Source of the DNA: Mizuhopecten yessoensis
Taxonomy: Eukaryota
NCBI RefSeq assembly: GCF_002113885.1
Contig: NW_018408802.1
Location: 419,706-483,705 of the forward strand
DNA length: 64,000 nt
Direction of reading: 5' to 3'
The notes under the pieces are model-generated. The model did not search any database and had not been told where the DNA came from. It was given only the letters and a program-made list of their open reading frames with translations. Below, piece after piece: positions 14,501 through 27,134 of the stretch (position 1 is the first letter of the stretch; the number at the start of each line of letters is the position of its first letter). A program made the translations under genes and the position numbers.

Positions 14501-16896
14501 CAAATATGTTAAAATCTTCAAACAAATGCTTCTCAATAAACAAAAGGCCCAGGGTACTGATATTGGGCCTGTAGCATGCTGGGATGAAGGGCTACCAAAC
14601 TTGTTCAAATGAATGACCTTAACCCACTTTCAAGGTCACAGGGGTCAAATGTCGTAAAATCTTCAAACGACTTCTTCTTAATAAACAAAAGGCCCAGGGT
14701 ACTGAAATTGGGCCTGTAGCATGCTGGGATGAAGGGCTACCAAATTTGTTTAAATGAATGACCTTGACCCACTTTCAACCTAATGTCATATGTTTAAATC
14801 TTTTAAAAGGTCCTTATGAATCAAACACTGATATTCTGCCTGTAGCTGTATTTTAGTCCACTTTTAAGATTACAAGTGTGAGATTAATACCAGGTGCAGA
14901 TGCAGGCCCATTGGGCCTCTTGTAAATTCTAAATTAAACATGAATTCTTAGTTTAATATATATCATTAGTTTTCTTCTACAGATATTATTTATAATTTTG
15001 CCACAGACATTATTAGCTCACCTGCCGGAAGGGCGTCCGTCCGTCATCGTCCAACAACTTTTCCTTTTAACAACTTCTGAAAAACGGAAAGGCCTAAGGT
15101 CTGAAGAACTGAAAGTTATAGAATCTTCATATTTAGATGGGTGCTTCCTGGGATAAAGCCCAATAAAGTTTGTGAATGAAAATGACTTTGACGTATTTTC
15201 AAGGTCACAGGGGTCAAATGTGTCAAACACTTCAAACGACTTCTTCTTAAGAACTGAAAGAGATAGAATCTTCTTATTTGGTGGTGGCTTCCTAGGATAG
15301 AGCCCGACAAAGTTTGCAAATGAAAATTACCACAACCTACTTTAAGGGTCACAGAGGTCAGCAAAATTTCAAACGATTTGTTCGCAAGACCATAAAGAAT
15401 GAATTCATAAGATTTGGCTGGTATCTTCTTGGGATAGAGCCAACAAATTTTGAAAAGGAAAATAACCTCGACCTACTTACAAGGTCACAGGGAAAAATAT
15501 ATCAAACAACTTCTGAAGAAGAACCAAAAAGCATAGAATCATATAATAATATTTGGCTGGTAGTTTCAACAGATGGAGCCTAGAAAGTTTGCGAGTGAAA
15601 TGTTTGTAGTATTTATGAAAGTTTGCAGTATAATATTAAATGAGAATATTTTGCTATGAATGTTTAAATATTCAGGTGAGCTATACAGGCCCTCTGGACC
15701 TCTTGTCTATAAATCTTCCACATATATTATTTATATTTAATATTGCTTTGTTTTTTTGCGACTACATGTGTGACAAATAATTATATGTAAACTTTTTTTC
15801 AGACAGACGTGTTCTCTGCAGCCAAAGACATTCCAAAACATTTCATAAAGAATGGTGTTCGTCTGAGGGGGCGAGTGACATCAGTCGAGGTCAGTGGTAT
15901 CCTCCAAATTAATCATCAGCCCCTGTTGACCATTAAGCCAAGATGGCTTCAACGCTTTTATAGTAAGTTTGGTACCAAAATATCTTGTGTAAGAAGTTTT
16001 TATTTTCACAATTTTGTACTGTTACTGTTCACACTTAATATAAATGATTAATTTTTCAGAAACTAAATCCCTTCCAGTAGAGCTTGCATACATATCTCTG
16101 TCCCCCCTGGGGCAACAGTGGATAGGACAGAACGTTGTGGGGAAAAGGGTCTTGTTCCTGCCCCTAGGGATTCAGGAAAGATCACATCCATGGCAAGATT
16201 CACTTCTGGCGACCGTTTATATACCCAAGGTATTTAGTGATATAAATAGATGCTGACATTAAAAGAATTTTAATATAACGTTAAAAATTTCAGGAGATAC
16301 TTTAAACAGAATTACCTTCCTTGTCACGACCATCTACATGTACAACTATTGCTGGTATCCATATTGTTCTTAGTTTAATGCATTTTAAAGTAATTGAGTG
16401 TTTTCAAATGTGTGATACATATGACGTTGTATTGTATCATGAATAAATGCATATTTTTGTTCATTGGTATTTTGCCTGTCTGTGATGTAGATGTCAAGAA
16501 ACTTGATCTGTGGCAGAGATCGATTTTTAGATAATTTTAAAGCTTGACCGTTTTAGACAAATTGGATCTGAATTTTAAATTTGTTATCCCCAGATTTTCA
16601 GAAGAAACACATGTGTGAATGACGAGCTTGTAAAACAGGGACTGTGTAAAGTATCGTACGCCGTTGAACAGGACATGTGTCAGATGTCAGCAAGTCAGTC
16701 AGAACTGCTCAATAGACTCATAGGGTTGGAAAGTGCTGCGTGTAAAAAGGAAGCAGGAATGTGGAAGGTATCGCCTAGTGAAAAGAAGTCTACAAAGATC
16801 GTAGGTGCCTTAAAAGGAATTGTGACTTTGCCGTGGAAAGGACTTAAAAGCGTGGCTAATTATTTTGGAAAATGGTTCAAAAGGAAAAAGGAATAG
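11404..16896 (+). CDS. C3orf33: C3orf33 homologue (SNase/TNase-like fold, N-terminal hydrophobic segment), 5 coding exons, 264 aa
   Basis: Exons 11404-11505, 13930-13989, 15803-15962, 16060-16229, 16594-16896 join in frame with GT-AG; motifs DIPKHFIKNGVRLRGRV, LPVELAYI, VNDELVKQGL and GMWK resemble human C3orf33 as recalled. Confidence 0.85.
12688..13320 (+). mobile_element. Nested non-autonomous Helentron/HINE-like elements (5' parts)
   Basis: TTTTAGCTCACCTG 5' end plus GTCC/GTC microsatellite, interrupted at about 12765 by a second element starting AGGTCACCTGAG. Confidence 0.65.
13930..13989 (+). CDS. C3orf33: C3orf33 exon 2 (hydrophobic helix)
   Basis: WLAYGVGTVGLVLVLRGVHA, phase 0/0, CAG and GTAAGT boundaries. 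Confidence 0.8.
14336..14922 (+). mobile_element. Helentron/HINE-like element, 5'-truncated
   Basis: ~145-bp internal repeats (GACCTTGAC...TTTCAAGGTCACAGGGGTCAAAT) and 3' CAGGTG plus hairpin AGGCCCATTGGGCCT. Confidence 0.75.
15012..15705 (+). mobile_element. Helentron/HINE-like element
   Basis: Subterminal inverted repeats AGCTCACCTG/CAGGTGAGCT, GTCC microsatellite, internal repeats, 3' hairpin AGGCCCTCTGGACCT. Confidence 0.8.
15803..15962 (+). CDS. C3orf33: C3orf33 exon 3
   Basis: TDVFSAAKDIPKHFIKNGVRLRGRV...; TTTTTCAG and GTAAGT boundaries. Confidence 0.85.
16060..16229 (+). CDS. C3orf33: C3orf33 exon 4
   Basis: KTKSLPVELAYISLSPLGQQW...YIPK, phase consistent. Confidence 0.85.
16594..16896 (+). 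CDS. C3orf33: C3orf33 terminal exon
   Basis: IFRRNTCVNDELVKQGL...WFKRKKE-stop. Confidence 0.85.
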   Translation: MFRRNTCVNDELVKQGLCKVSYAVEQDMCQMSASQSELLNRLIGLESAACKKEAGMWKVSPSEKKSTKIVGALKGIVTLPWKGLKSVANYFGKWFKRKKE

Positions 16897-17317
16897 AAAC
16901 AAGTAGAAATGTTCACAAGTTTTGCAATCAAATCTGTCCTAGAAATTATTGCTTGTTGAGAGATTATTGTTTGAAAGTGTGTCAAAGACTTTAAGTATTG
17001 AAGTGTTGACTTTTCCAATATATTTTCTAGTCGTAACTGTTTGTCCTAAATAGTATTTTATTTTGGTAACTATATAAGATCTGTTTTACTGTGTTTGAAA
17101 TATGAAGTTGTAAACAAGAGAAGAAATCACAAAAAATATCATATGTAATTGCTGAAGTGTTACATACAGGTATTTAATAGTATTTACTGCACTTCTGTTT
17201 AATATGTAATGTGCATAACTTGGTTTTTGGGGATGCATGTACCTGAGTTATCACAAAGATGTTTTTTTTTAATATAAATGAGGAATGATATTAAAACAAA
17301 AATTACATTTTGTTGTT

Positions 17318-18130
17318 TTTTAGCTCACCTGGTCGGAAGGACCATGGTGAGCTTATGCCGTGGCGCAAAGTCCGTCATCCATTGTCGTTGTCATCGTCGT
17401 CAAATTTTTCTTGAAAACCTATCTCCTCCTAAACGCCAAAGAGAATTTCAACCAAATTTAGTCTGAAGCATCACTATGGGGGGGGNNNNNNNNNNNNNNN
17501 NNNNNNNNNNNNNNNNNNNNNNNNNNNNNNNNNNNNNNNNNNNNNNNNNNNNNNNNNNNNNNNNNNNNNNNNNNNNNNNNNNNNNNNNNNNNNNNNGGGG
17601 GGGGCAATCATTTCTTAAATAAATGAAGTTGGTTTGATCCAGGGGAGCGGGGCCCTGAAAGGGAACTTAGCTAAATTTGCTTTAAAATGCATCTCCTACT
17701 TAACGCCAGAGAGGATTTCAACCAAATTTAGTCTGTAGCATCACTAGGGGAGGGCAATCATTTCTTAAACAAATGAGGTTGGTTCGACCCCTGAGGCCAG
17801 GGGGCAGGGCCCTGAAGGGGAACTAAGCTAAATTTGCTTTAAAACGCATCTCCTGCTTAACGCCAGAGAGGATTTCAACCAAATGTAGTCTGAAGCATCA
17901 CTAGGGGAGGGCAGTTATTTCTTAATTAAATGAGGTTGGTTCGACCCCTGAGGCCAAGGCCCTGAAGGGGAACTTAGCTAAATTTGCTTTAAAACGTATC
18001 TCTTCCTAAACGCCAGAGAAGATTTCAACCAAATTTGCTCTAAAACTTCATTGGGGGAGGGCAATCATTTCAAAAACATTATTGAGGAAGAACATTTCTT
18101 AATTGAATGAGGTTGATTTGACCCATGCGG
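17318..18130 (+). mobile_element. Helentron/HINE-like element with ~150-157-bp internal repeats
   Basis: TTTTTAGCTCACCTGG start; TTCAACCAAAT recurs at about 17447, 17717, 17874 and 18024; contains an N gap. Confidence 0.7.
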
Positions 18131-18721
18131 TCCTAAGAAATAGTACAGCTAGATTATCATATTCTATCGTGTAGTTTTCATAAATTGTTAAAAATCGGTT
18201 TCTAGGTTTATAAAAACCTTATAGTTGAATGAAAATTAAAGTATTGTCTAATTACACCCTGTAATATGACATATTACTTATTTCAAAATCTGTTAACATG
18301 GCAACTCAATGGAGGCCCCTAATTAGTTGAGTCAGATATTGTGGTCCCAGTTGGGTTAGAACATAGATCTTGTGTGGTTTTGAGGAAATTTTATATAAAG
18401 ATGTACCAATGCATTCAGTTGTACAATGTAATGACTTAAATATAAAACCATTTTCCCATTAACGATGTACCAAGTATGTTGCTGCATGACATTTGTCTGC
18501 CAGTATCTCTAATCAAAAACTTTTGGGCAAGATTTCAAGAATAAATTTTGATTAAATTCGGAAGGAAACATCCCCTTAGAAGGGTACATTGTATTGCATT
18601 TTGTAAAAATGAAGTGGTGATATTCTATTTCGAGATTTGTAATTTTGAAAATGTGAGCTGGACTATAAATAGATGTTGTATAATGATTGTGCCAGGCTTT
18701 TGATACACCTGTCAGTTGTGA

Positions 18722-19000
18722 CACAGTCAGTGTTATGACGTTGTGTAATTGATTACATATATTGGGAATAGCTCAGTGAATCCAGGATTACATAGATATG
18801 ATCTTAAAGTCTCAACTGACGATCTATACTATGTGGGGCTTATGGACCTTTGACAGTCAGTGCTACAACGTTGTGTAATTGATTACGTATATCGGGAATA
18901 GCTCGGATAACGTTGTGTAATTGATTACGTAGATCGGGAATATTAATCCAGGATTACATACATTTGTAGGTATGAACTTCAAGTCTCAACTAACCATCTA
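18722..19000. repeat. Local ~130-bp tandem duplication
   Basis: ACAGTCAGTG...CGTTGTGTAATTGATTAC...AAGTCTCAACT present twice plus a partial copy. Confidence 0.7.
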
Positions 19001-19056
19001 TGCACGTAACAATAGATTATCATCGAGAATAAATATAACCTAGAAAGGGGATAATG

Positions 19057-19260
19057 CTAGAGAAGAGCAATTATAGGGACGGCTAGAGAAGATGTTAGAA
19101 GAGCAAGGGACGGCTAGAGAAGATGTTAGAAAAGCAAGGGACGGCTAGAGAAGATGTTAGAAAAGCAAGGGACGGCTAGAGAAGATGTTAGAAAAGCAAG
19201 GGACGGCGAGAGAAGATGTTAGAAAAGCAAGGGACGGCGAGACGAGAAGGGCTAGGGACG
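19057..19260. repeat. 31-bp minisatellite, about 6 copies
   Basis: GGGACGGCTAGAGAAGATGTTAGAAAAGCAA unit. Confidence 0.9.
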
Positions 19261-20806
19261 TTTAGAGACTGCACTAGGGTACAGATACAAACGACAGAGA
19301 CGGATCCTAACACTTGAGATTACCAGAATAAACGTCTAGCCAACCATCAACCCTTGTCACACAGTTTTGATGAGAGATATCAATGGTTTGGGAAGTGTCT
19401 GTCTATCTGTCCATCAACATTTTAGTTTAAACAAGAAACTTGCTTAAATACATTTCCACATATTATTCAGATGAATCTTATTTAAACATCATTTCATTTT
19501 AAAGTTGAGCAAAATCAGTGTGCATAATGTTTAGGACACTCTACGATAGTTTGCTGGGGGTTTCTACACAATAACCTCAACATATGTGACTGGATCTTAG
19601 GGTAGTTTTTTTTTTAACAAAGCTAAGTTAAATGAAGCAAAATCTATCTTAAATTGGGTACATGTAACAATCAGGAATTCCGTTTATTTTGGTTATGATG
19701 ATTTAGAATATGGGGGAAGGGAGACAATTCGTTTACAATTTCATATTTGTATTTTGGTTGGGAATATGGACATGGAGGAGCAATTCAATACTTTTAAAAG
19801 TGTTTATTTGTAACATTTTATTGTCTACTTTATGAAGTCTTGAACAGTTATTTTGCTGTTAGATTTTTATTATTTTGTAAATTTCACACAAAGACTACTA
19901 TATTTTAATTGTGATCCTTTTTAGCTCACCTAGTCAAAAAGAGAAGTTTTGTGTGTACAGCCTTACTACTTTAAAATTATGTATATTCCATATATATAAC
20001 CACATAAATACATAATTGGCATAAAGAGACAAATGCAGAACTATGCTGCCAGTGAATGTGTATTGACCATAGAGTCAAGACCCGTTCCATCTGAATTGAC
20101 ACTTCTTCCCTGCATCATATCTTAGAAAATTTCGGTGATTCCAACCCTAAAATTACACATATTTTGGTTGGGCATTTCATAATAAATGAATGCAACTATC
20201 TTACTATGATCAGCTTCTATATCAGGCCTCACCCTGGAGACATTGTTAGTTAGTCATAACATGGAGTTGATTAAGATTCCCGCACCATAACAACATAAAC
20301 CACTGCTGGGAATGAAGAGAAAAACCCAATTAATCTTGCTAATATATGCTAGAATCAGCCCCTGAGACCAGACTCACCCCAGGTATCTCAGTCCTAGGTC
20401 ATAACATAGAAACAGTTTAGATCCCCACCCTGTAATTGTATAACCATATAGCATGCTACAAGGATTGGTCCCTCAGTCTGAGTGGGTCAGCCTTACACCT
20501 AGTGCCTTAGTTCTAGGGTCATAACAACTAGGTAACCCCCAACCTTTTAATCTCTTTGTGAAATGCAATCATGCTACAAAGTTTGGCTCTCAGTCCAGCC
20601 CCATCCCTGGTGACTTAGTTCTGAGGTCATATAAGACCAGTTGAGCAATGGATAATCCAGATACTACTTTATGATTTAGATGTCTAGGGATTAAATCACT
20701 GTTGCATAAACGTTTTTTTTTAATCATGAAAAAAAAAGTGCTGGGTCTCTTTACCTTAATGGATTTTCTTTATTTCCTTTACTGATTATATTCATTTGTA
20801 TTTCTG

Positions 20807-21182
20807 TTTCATCAAACCAATGCAAGAAATAAATCAACTTCACTGAGCGGGATATTGAACAAATATGTTTGCTTTTTGTTAGCAACTCACTGCATCAGTG
20901 TTTAATTATTTGGAATACTGTAGGTCAAGGTAAATTGTTTTTAAGGTTTTAGAATTTCTTCAAGTGAATAAAAGTTACAAATTATTCTATGTTGTCAATG
21001 AATATGTTGAAATAGTTGTGATGATGTATTGTTAAGTTTTGACTCTTATATTGAGTCAATGACATTGTTTTTTTTAATCAATTAAATGTAAACACTGATG
21101 CAGTGGCTAACAAAAAGCAAATATATTTGTTCAATATCTTGCTCAGTGAAGTTGAAATATTTCTTGCATTGGTTTGGTGAAA
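20807..21182. mobile_element. MITE-like inverted repeat (~95-bp arms)
   Basis: 20807-20903 is the approximate reverse complement of 21089-21182. Confidence 0.75.
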
Positions 21183-21636
21183 GCTAAATTGCTGAACTTG
21201 ATCCAAACACTTAATTATAATGAGGATAGATTAAAACATTTGAAATTCATTATATCTGGAGCTGTGGAGTTATCTAAAGATGATACCAGAAAAAAAACAT
21301 ATTGATGAGTATATTATAACATTTTTTTTTATTAAAACTGAGTGAGTGGATCATTATAGCAGTATAAAATAATATTTTATACCAATCATTTATAGTTTAT
21401 GCTAATAATTAAATTTTATATACAACAATTGAGATCACTGGAAAACGAAATAGAATCCTCTCCTCTTTGTTAGCAATCATTCATATTTCGTTTTTCTACA
21501 TGTTACGTGCTTAAATGACCATAGTTGTTAATAGGACATTAAACAAAATAAAACCAATCCTTTTATATTTTTTAATGTAAAGTAATAAGCACAAACTCCT
21601 TACGCAGTTACGCCCCTTTAAGCGTAGGTCTTTCGA

Positions 21637-21675
21637 TGACGTCACACAGCAACAACTAAAGCGTCAAAATGGCGG
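21637..21675 (+). promoter_or_regulatory. Proximal promoter of the centrin-like gene: CRE, X-box-like and YY1 motifs
   Basis: Perfect TGACGTCA at 21637-21644, overlapping GTCACACAGCAAC, and AAAATGGCGG at about 21666-21675; 65-105 bp before the ATG in a CpG-richer patch. Confidence 0.55.
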
Positions 21676-21740
21676 ACACTTAACAGGTGCCCGATACATA
21701 TCCTGTACGTCTCATTAGATTTAGCGATTATAGAAGAAAC

Positions 21741-21887
21741 ATGCCGAAGAAGAAAGGAAAATCGGGAAAATCGAAGAAAGGGGGGAAGAAGAAGGGCAAA
21801 TCTTCTGCGAAAGAGGGATCTAAGCCTGCGAAAGCAGACCCAATGGCTCCAATGTTTGTGCAACCCCCACCTCGACCAGGCGAGAGG
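21741..21887 (+). CDS. Centrin-like exon 1
   Basis: MPKKKGKSGKSKKGGKKKGK...PPPRPGER, donor GTAACG. Confidence 0.8.
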
Positions 21888-24800
21888 GTAACGTTACAGT
21901 ACAATTAACTTCCATCTGTTTGTTAATTGATATATCGCTACCTTGAAGGTGGTCCGTGAGAGGACATATACATGTTAGTATAGAAATAATCGGCTTGTGT
22001 CAGTGTAATAAATGAGCTCATAATTTCCCTTCGAAAATAAGAATGGTAGAAGTTGATTCTCCTTTTTTTGACAATCTGCATACCACCTCTGGTGTAATGT
22101 CGAAGGTGTTTGGTAATCGAGTATAAAGAGATGCTAATTGTGACTGTTGTCATTGTTTGTTGTCATTGTTATTGTTCATACTATAGTATAACGTGTCTTC
22201 AATTTCCAATGACAAACAAACATATTGAAGTTAAAACACAGTAACATAGAGTCTACTGCACACACAGGTTTAAGCAATATGAAATATGTGTTGAGTTTAT
22301 GACGTCTCTTAATTGCTTTGTTTCCTTTGATGATACACATTTATCAATTACACACAGCTAGTGGAACTCTTGAAGAAGAATCCAGTGGATGAAAAGGAGA
22401 TTCATGGATACAAAATGACCAACAGAATTCTAAAGCAGCTGACTCCTCAAGAAATCAGAGATCTATTGATGGTGTTTGAACTGTTTGATAACAACAGTGA
22501 TGGGTAAGCCATGCTCAGTTTTAGTGTCATCCTCAAATTCCTTGGATATATGCTAACGTAATTATGAAATCTGCACCCTTTGAATACAACACACAGTTAT
22601 TTATTTGATTGTTTTCAAATAAAAATAACTTACCAATACATAGGCTGATACATGTCCTTTGAAGATGGAGCGATGTAAAAGCCAGTCAATTTTACCGTTA
22701 CAATTTCATATGATTCTCTTTTAATGTACATCAATTATAGGATTAATCTTGTATACATGTATCATCTACAAGGTGGCATAAATACAATCAAGCTTTTCAT
22801 CTGGATATATTCAAGGGGTGCAGAGATTAAAAGTCAGCTTATATATACAAATGTATGTACCCCCTGGAAACTCCAGGATGATTCGGTTTGGGGTATACAG
22901 CAATTAATTGTGTATATAATGTTCACATGACACATCTTAGTTTAAGTTGTATGCTTACTTAAACAACTTTTTAGCATGTGGTGGGATTTGATTGTTGATT
23001 ATAATTACCTCAACTCCATTTTGAGATACTATTCATGTCTGCTGAGATTACATGACATCATAGTTGATAAATAAGTGCAATGCTGTCATCTCAGATATAC
23101 AGTACTTTGTGTAGGTATTATTGTATCCCTTAACAATTAAGGCAGATTACATTGCTGATGTTCTTCACAGACCACCGAGCTGTATAAATAGCGGAGGTAC
23201 ATACTATATTATGTATGTATCAGCGTACTGGGAAGTAATACAGGGAATGGTTCCAGGAGATCTATAAAACATTGACACTCCATTTAACTTATCTGTTCGC
23301 ACTGTTCACACTGTGTTTCCGGTCATTAGATAGCCACAGCTAGTGTTGTTTCATCCTTTATAATTTGCGCATATTTATAATATTTAAAAAAGTCGATACC
23401 ATTGTCTTATTTACATTTATACATTTGTACATATTTGTTTATACAGCAATATATTGGAATAAGGTTAGATAATTAGCGAGTATCCCCACTAAATCACTAT
23501 TAGGAAATTTATACAGTTCAATATCCTGCATTTTAAAGGATATTTTAGGAGCGTCTGAATTATCTTTGCTAGTTTTTATCAGTCACATAGATATCAGCTA
23601 GGAGATTTGAAAAACTTAATTGTTTTGATTTAACTTTTGACAGGTACCATGGGTCAGCCGAACTCCGCCGTGCAATGAGGGCCTTAGGATTTAAGTGTTC
23701 TAGGGAGGAGGCTAAACAGCTGATATCTGACACAAGTCTCAAGGGCAAACAGTGAGTAAAGAGTTATTTAAACAATATTTTGATACTTGAGTGACCAAGC
23801 ACATATCTATGTATTTTTTCTTAAAAGCCTTTTTTTAAATTGATAAACATGTGTACATTTGTACATACATGTAGTTCATTTTTAATGTATGTACATGCAT
23901 GTGGTTTAATAATTATTTTTCATCATATGAATACTTTGTTATTCAGTGAATATATATACCACATTATATATTTTATATACACACTTATTTTATATATGGG
24001 GCAAAGAAGTAATTCCAACAGTGTGGACAAGTTTAGGTTGTCAAATTTTCGGAGCGATCCACTCCTTTTTCAAGACACAGTGAAACAGAACAGTTACATG
24101 TACATATACATCATATTACAAGAAGATAGAATTGATATGCTATAATTGAAAATATAGCTTTTATATAAAACCAATAGTCCCCTCGGCTAAAGACAGCCGA
24201 AGGCAGCAATTAAGCTGAGAGCATCGCAGACAAGGAACGCTGATGTAGAGGACCTATGATTTTATATATATACTCATGATCTAATGTGATGCTATGTAAT
24301 GTTTTATATTTAGATGTGTGATTGTCTGATAAAATCAATGTTGTCCAAATCATGTACCATTGAGAACCTGCATTACAAATAGGACAAGAACTTAACCTGG
24401 CACCCAAGCCACAAATCAATATTAACCTTTTTAAATGTTTATTGTTGAAGTACATTTAATGAATAAGTAATGGACTTTATGATGGTTCATTTAAGGTGAT
24501 ATATGTCTGAAAAAGTGATACCCCAGTATTTACACTTTACATTTACCATCATGAAGGTCTATAACTCTAATATGAAATGGCCTTGATGAGCTGAAGTTGC
24601 AATCCTACGAAAAACAATAATTATGATAATACATTTTTTTCTGTATATGTAATAAAAACATTTTTTTCTGTATATGTAATAAAAAACATTTTTTACTGTA
24701 TATGTAATATTCTAGAGGAGGCATTCAGAACATAACAGACTTAGCTTATCATCTTTCATGTTTGTGTTTTAGTATGATAGATTTCCCTGAGTTTCTGGAG

Positions 24801-26461
24801 GCGGTGATAGACAGACAGGGGGACGCCAGAGACATGTATGATGAAATACTCAAAGGATTTAACATGTTTGATTACGGTATGTTGTTTAGATGATTGTTGC
24901 ACATTTACACAAAAATAATTTCTTGCACTTGGAATGAATAATATGATACTTCATATGTGAATGGATTTAATGCATCAGTAATTGGCCAAACATAAATAGG
25001 TGTTCTATAACATGTTTGAACAAATTTATGGTAGGTATATATATATACGTAGCTATATATAGGTAACACATTTTTATTTTTGAAAGTAATTTCATTTGAT
25101 TTATGTAGGAGTGTGATCTTGACTATGGCAGTGCTTCTTCAAAAATGTTAAGGGTACCGTTAGGTACAAAAACATTACAGCAAGTAGGGCTATTTTGCGT
25201 TTTGCCTAATACTCAGGTACAGTGAATCATCAGACATTCTTAGTAAACCTAAAGTATGACAACTCTTATAAACCACCATTCAAATGTGTAATATGGCTAA
25301 CCTTATCCCCAACACTCAACTATATACAAGAAATCTACAGTCTAGTAATTATTAATAATATTGTCCTTCAAAAGCAGCTGTGGGTTAAAAAGTTACCTAG
25401 AAAAATGAGAAAGTTAACCAAGAATATGAAGGTTCTAGGAGGAAAATAAAAAAAATCTAACACCTATAGAAGACACTTGTCTGAACATTTAACTCAAAAT
25501 ACCTTCCATAAAATTTACTATCAACCTGGAATAAGGTCCAAGTATTCTGGAATGGCAGAAAATCACCTGAAGCCTAAATTGGAATTAAGAATCTAATAGC
25601 CAAAATTGTATATGACTTTTTTACATTTTATTTGATTCTATAATTAGAAACAGATTTTATATACTGAAGATGCACTTTACTGTTGTGTTGTCATTGATGC
25701 AAAGTATAATATTATGCAGTAGCATGTATTGTTGTTGAACAATATTATCTGCGACAAAATGTTTAAACTATTCGATAATCAATAAATAATAGCGCTTTTA
25801 AAATTAAAAAAACAAAAATCCTATAAACCTTTTCATAAAATCTTACTTGTATAACAATGGAAATTGCTTATTATTATTTTCTTTATGTTTTTCTTATTGT
25901 TTTTCTTGCCATAAGTCACTTATTTATATATATTTGAAGGATAAAAATGAATAAGTCAAGTTTTGTTGCCGGATTAAGCCCAATATAGAACAAGAGGAAG
26001 TTCTAGATCTGTTAGAACAGTAGAATACAGACTCAGTATAATACATGTCTACTCTATATACATTTTGCCCGCCCTTAATGAGGGCGAATTTTTCAATTTG
26101 CGTAGTAATTAGCTGTTAAGAGCGAAATCAACACTAGGTGAATATGGCAGGGCGAAAGTTTGTCTGGGCTAAAACTTTCCAGTATTCTTTTTATATAGCA
26201 CATGAACAGATAATATGTAATCATCTCACCTAAAATATGGTACAAAATGTCAAGCATTTCTTGATGTTAATTGATTTCTGTTTTCCAGAGAAGACAGGAG
26301 CAATATCACTGGATGGATTGAAGCTGGCCTGTGAAGATGCTGGTATCAAGTTTACACAGAAGGAGCTGGAGGAGATGATTGAGGAGGCGGATCTCAATGG
26401 TGACGGCAAAGTCGACCAATCAGAATTTATCCGTATCATGCTGCAGACTAATTTATTTTAG
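21741..26461 (+). CDS. Centrin/caltractin-like EF-hand protein with Lys-rich N-terminal extension, 5 exons, 225 aa
   Basis: Exons 21741-21887, 22358-22503, 23644-23751, 24773-24876, 26289-26461 in frame; centrin hallmarks FELFD, AMRALGF, IDFPEFL, EEMIEEADLNGDGKVDQSEF and QTNLF-stop. Confidence 0.9.
22358..22503 (+). CDS. Centrin-like exon 2
   Basis: LVELLKKNP...LTPQEIRDLLMVFELFDNNSDG, donor GTAAGC. Confidence 0.85.
23644..23751 (+). CDS. Centrin-like exon 3
   Basis: YHGSAELRRAMRALGFKCSREEAK..., donor GTGAGT. Confidence 0.85.
24773..24876 (+). CDS. Centrin-like exon 4
   Basis: MIDFPEFLEAVIDRQGDARDMYDEILKGFNMFDY, donor GTATGT. Confidence 0.85.
26289..26461 (+). CDS. Centrin-like terminal exon
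   Basis: EKTGAISLDGLK...ADLNGDGKVDQSEFIRIMLQTNLF-stop. Confidence 0.9.
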
Positions 26462-27134
26462 ACTTTTCAAACTCTGGCTCAGTGTTATGTGCAACCTGTA
26501 ACATTGAGCTGATAATTCAATTCAAGAGGGTGTCTGTGTGAATTAATAACATACTTTGGGATGAAGTATTTGAGTTCTGCCCCGTTATGAAAATTCACGG
26601 CCTGTTTTCAGGAATTATATTGCAATATCTGATAAATGTGTCATAAATGCAGCTTAACCATGACCTTAAAATAAAAATTGATAAATCGGAGAGATTTGGA
26701 CTGTACTTTCAGGGATTTTTTTTATGATTTCTTTCCTTCGACTCCTTTTTGATATAATTTTCTGTTTTAACGACATTAGTGAATTACAATTTGTAACGGA
26801 AATAGATATTGAATCGATATTTACAATTTTTATACATTGTGTATTTAAATCCAATATTACAACTTTCTATTTTGCAATAACTTTCAATCAATTTAGGGTT
26901 TGAGTTTTCCCATACAGATGTATAGTTTTTAAACAACTGTGATATACAATAAGAGAAGTGTGTATAATCTATGTGAGTGTGATTGAAAATATCTTCGTGT
27001 ATCGTTGTTTGTCATATATACATATTTCATATTCATGTGCTGTTATCATCTAGTCTAGATATTTTTGTAAATAAATTTCATTAAATCATTTTTTGGTATC
27101 AGTTGTCTTCTTTCACAAAGAATTTGAAGCGGAA

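Noticed and set aside
21687-21740. Upstream GTG-initiated extension of the centrin-like exon 1
   Set aside because: The ORF-track start is a non-ATG codon; the ATG at 21741 has good context (AACATG).
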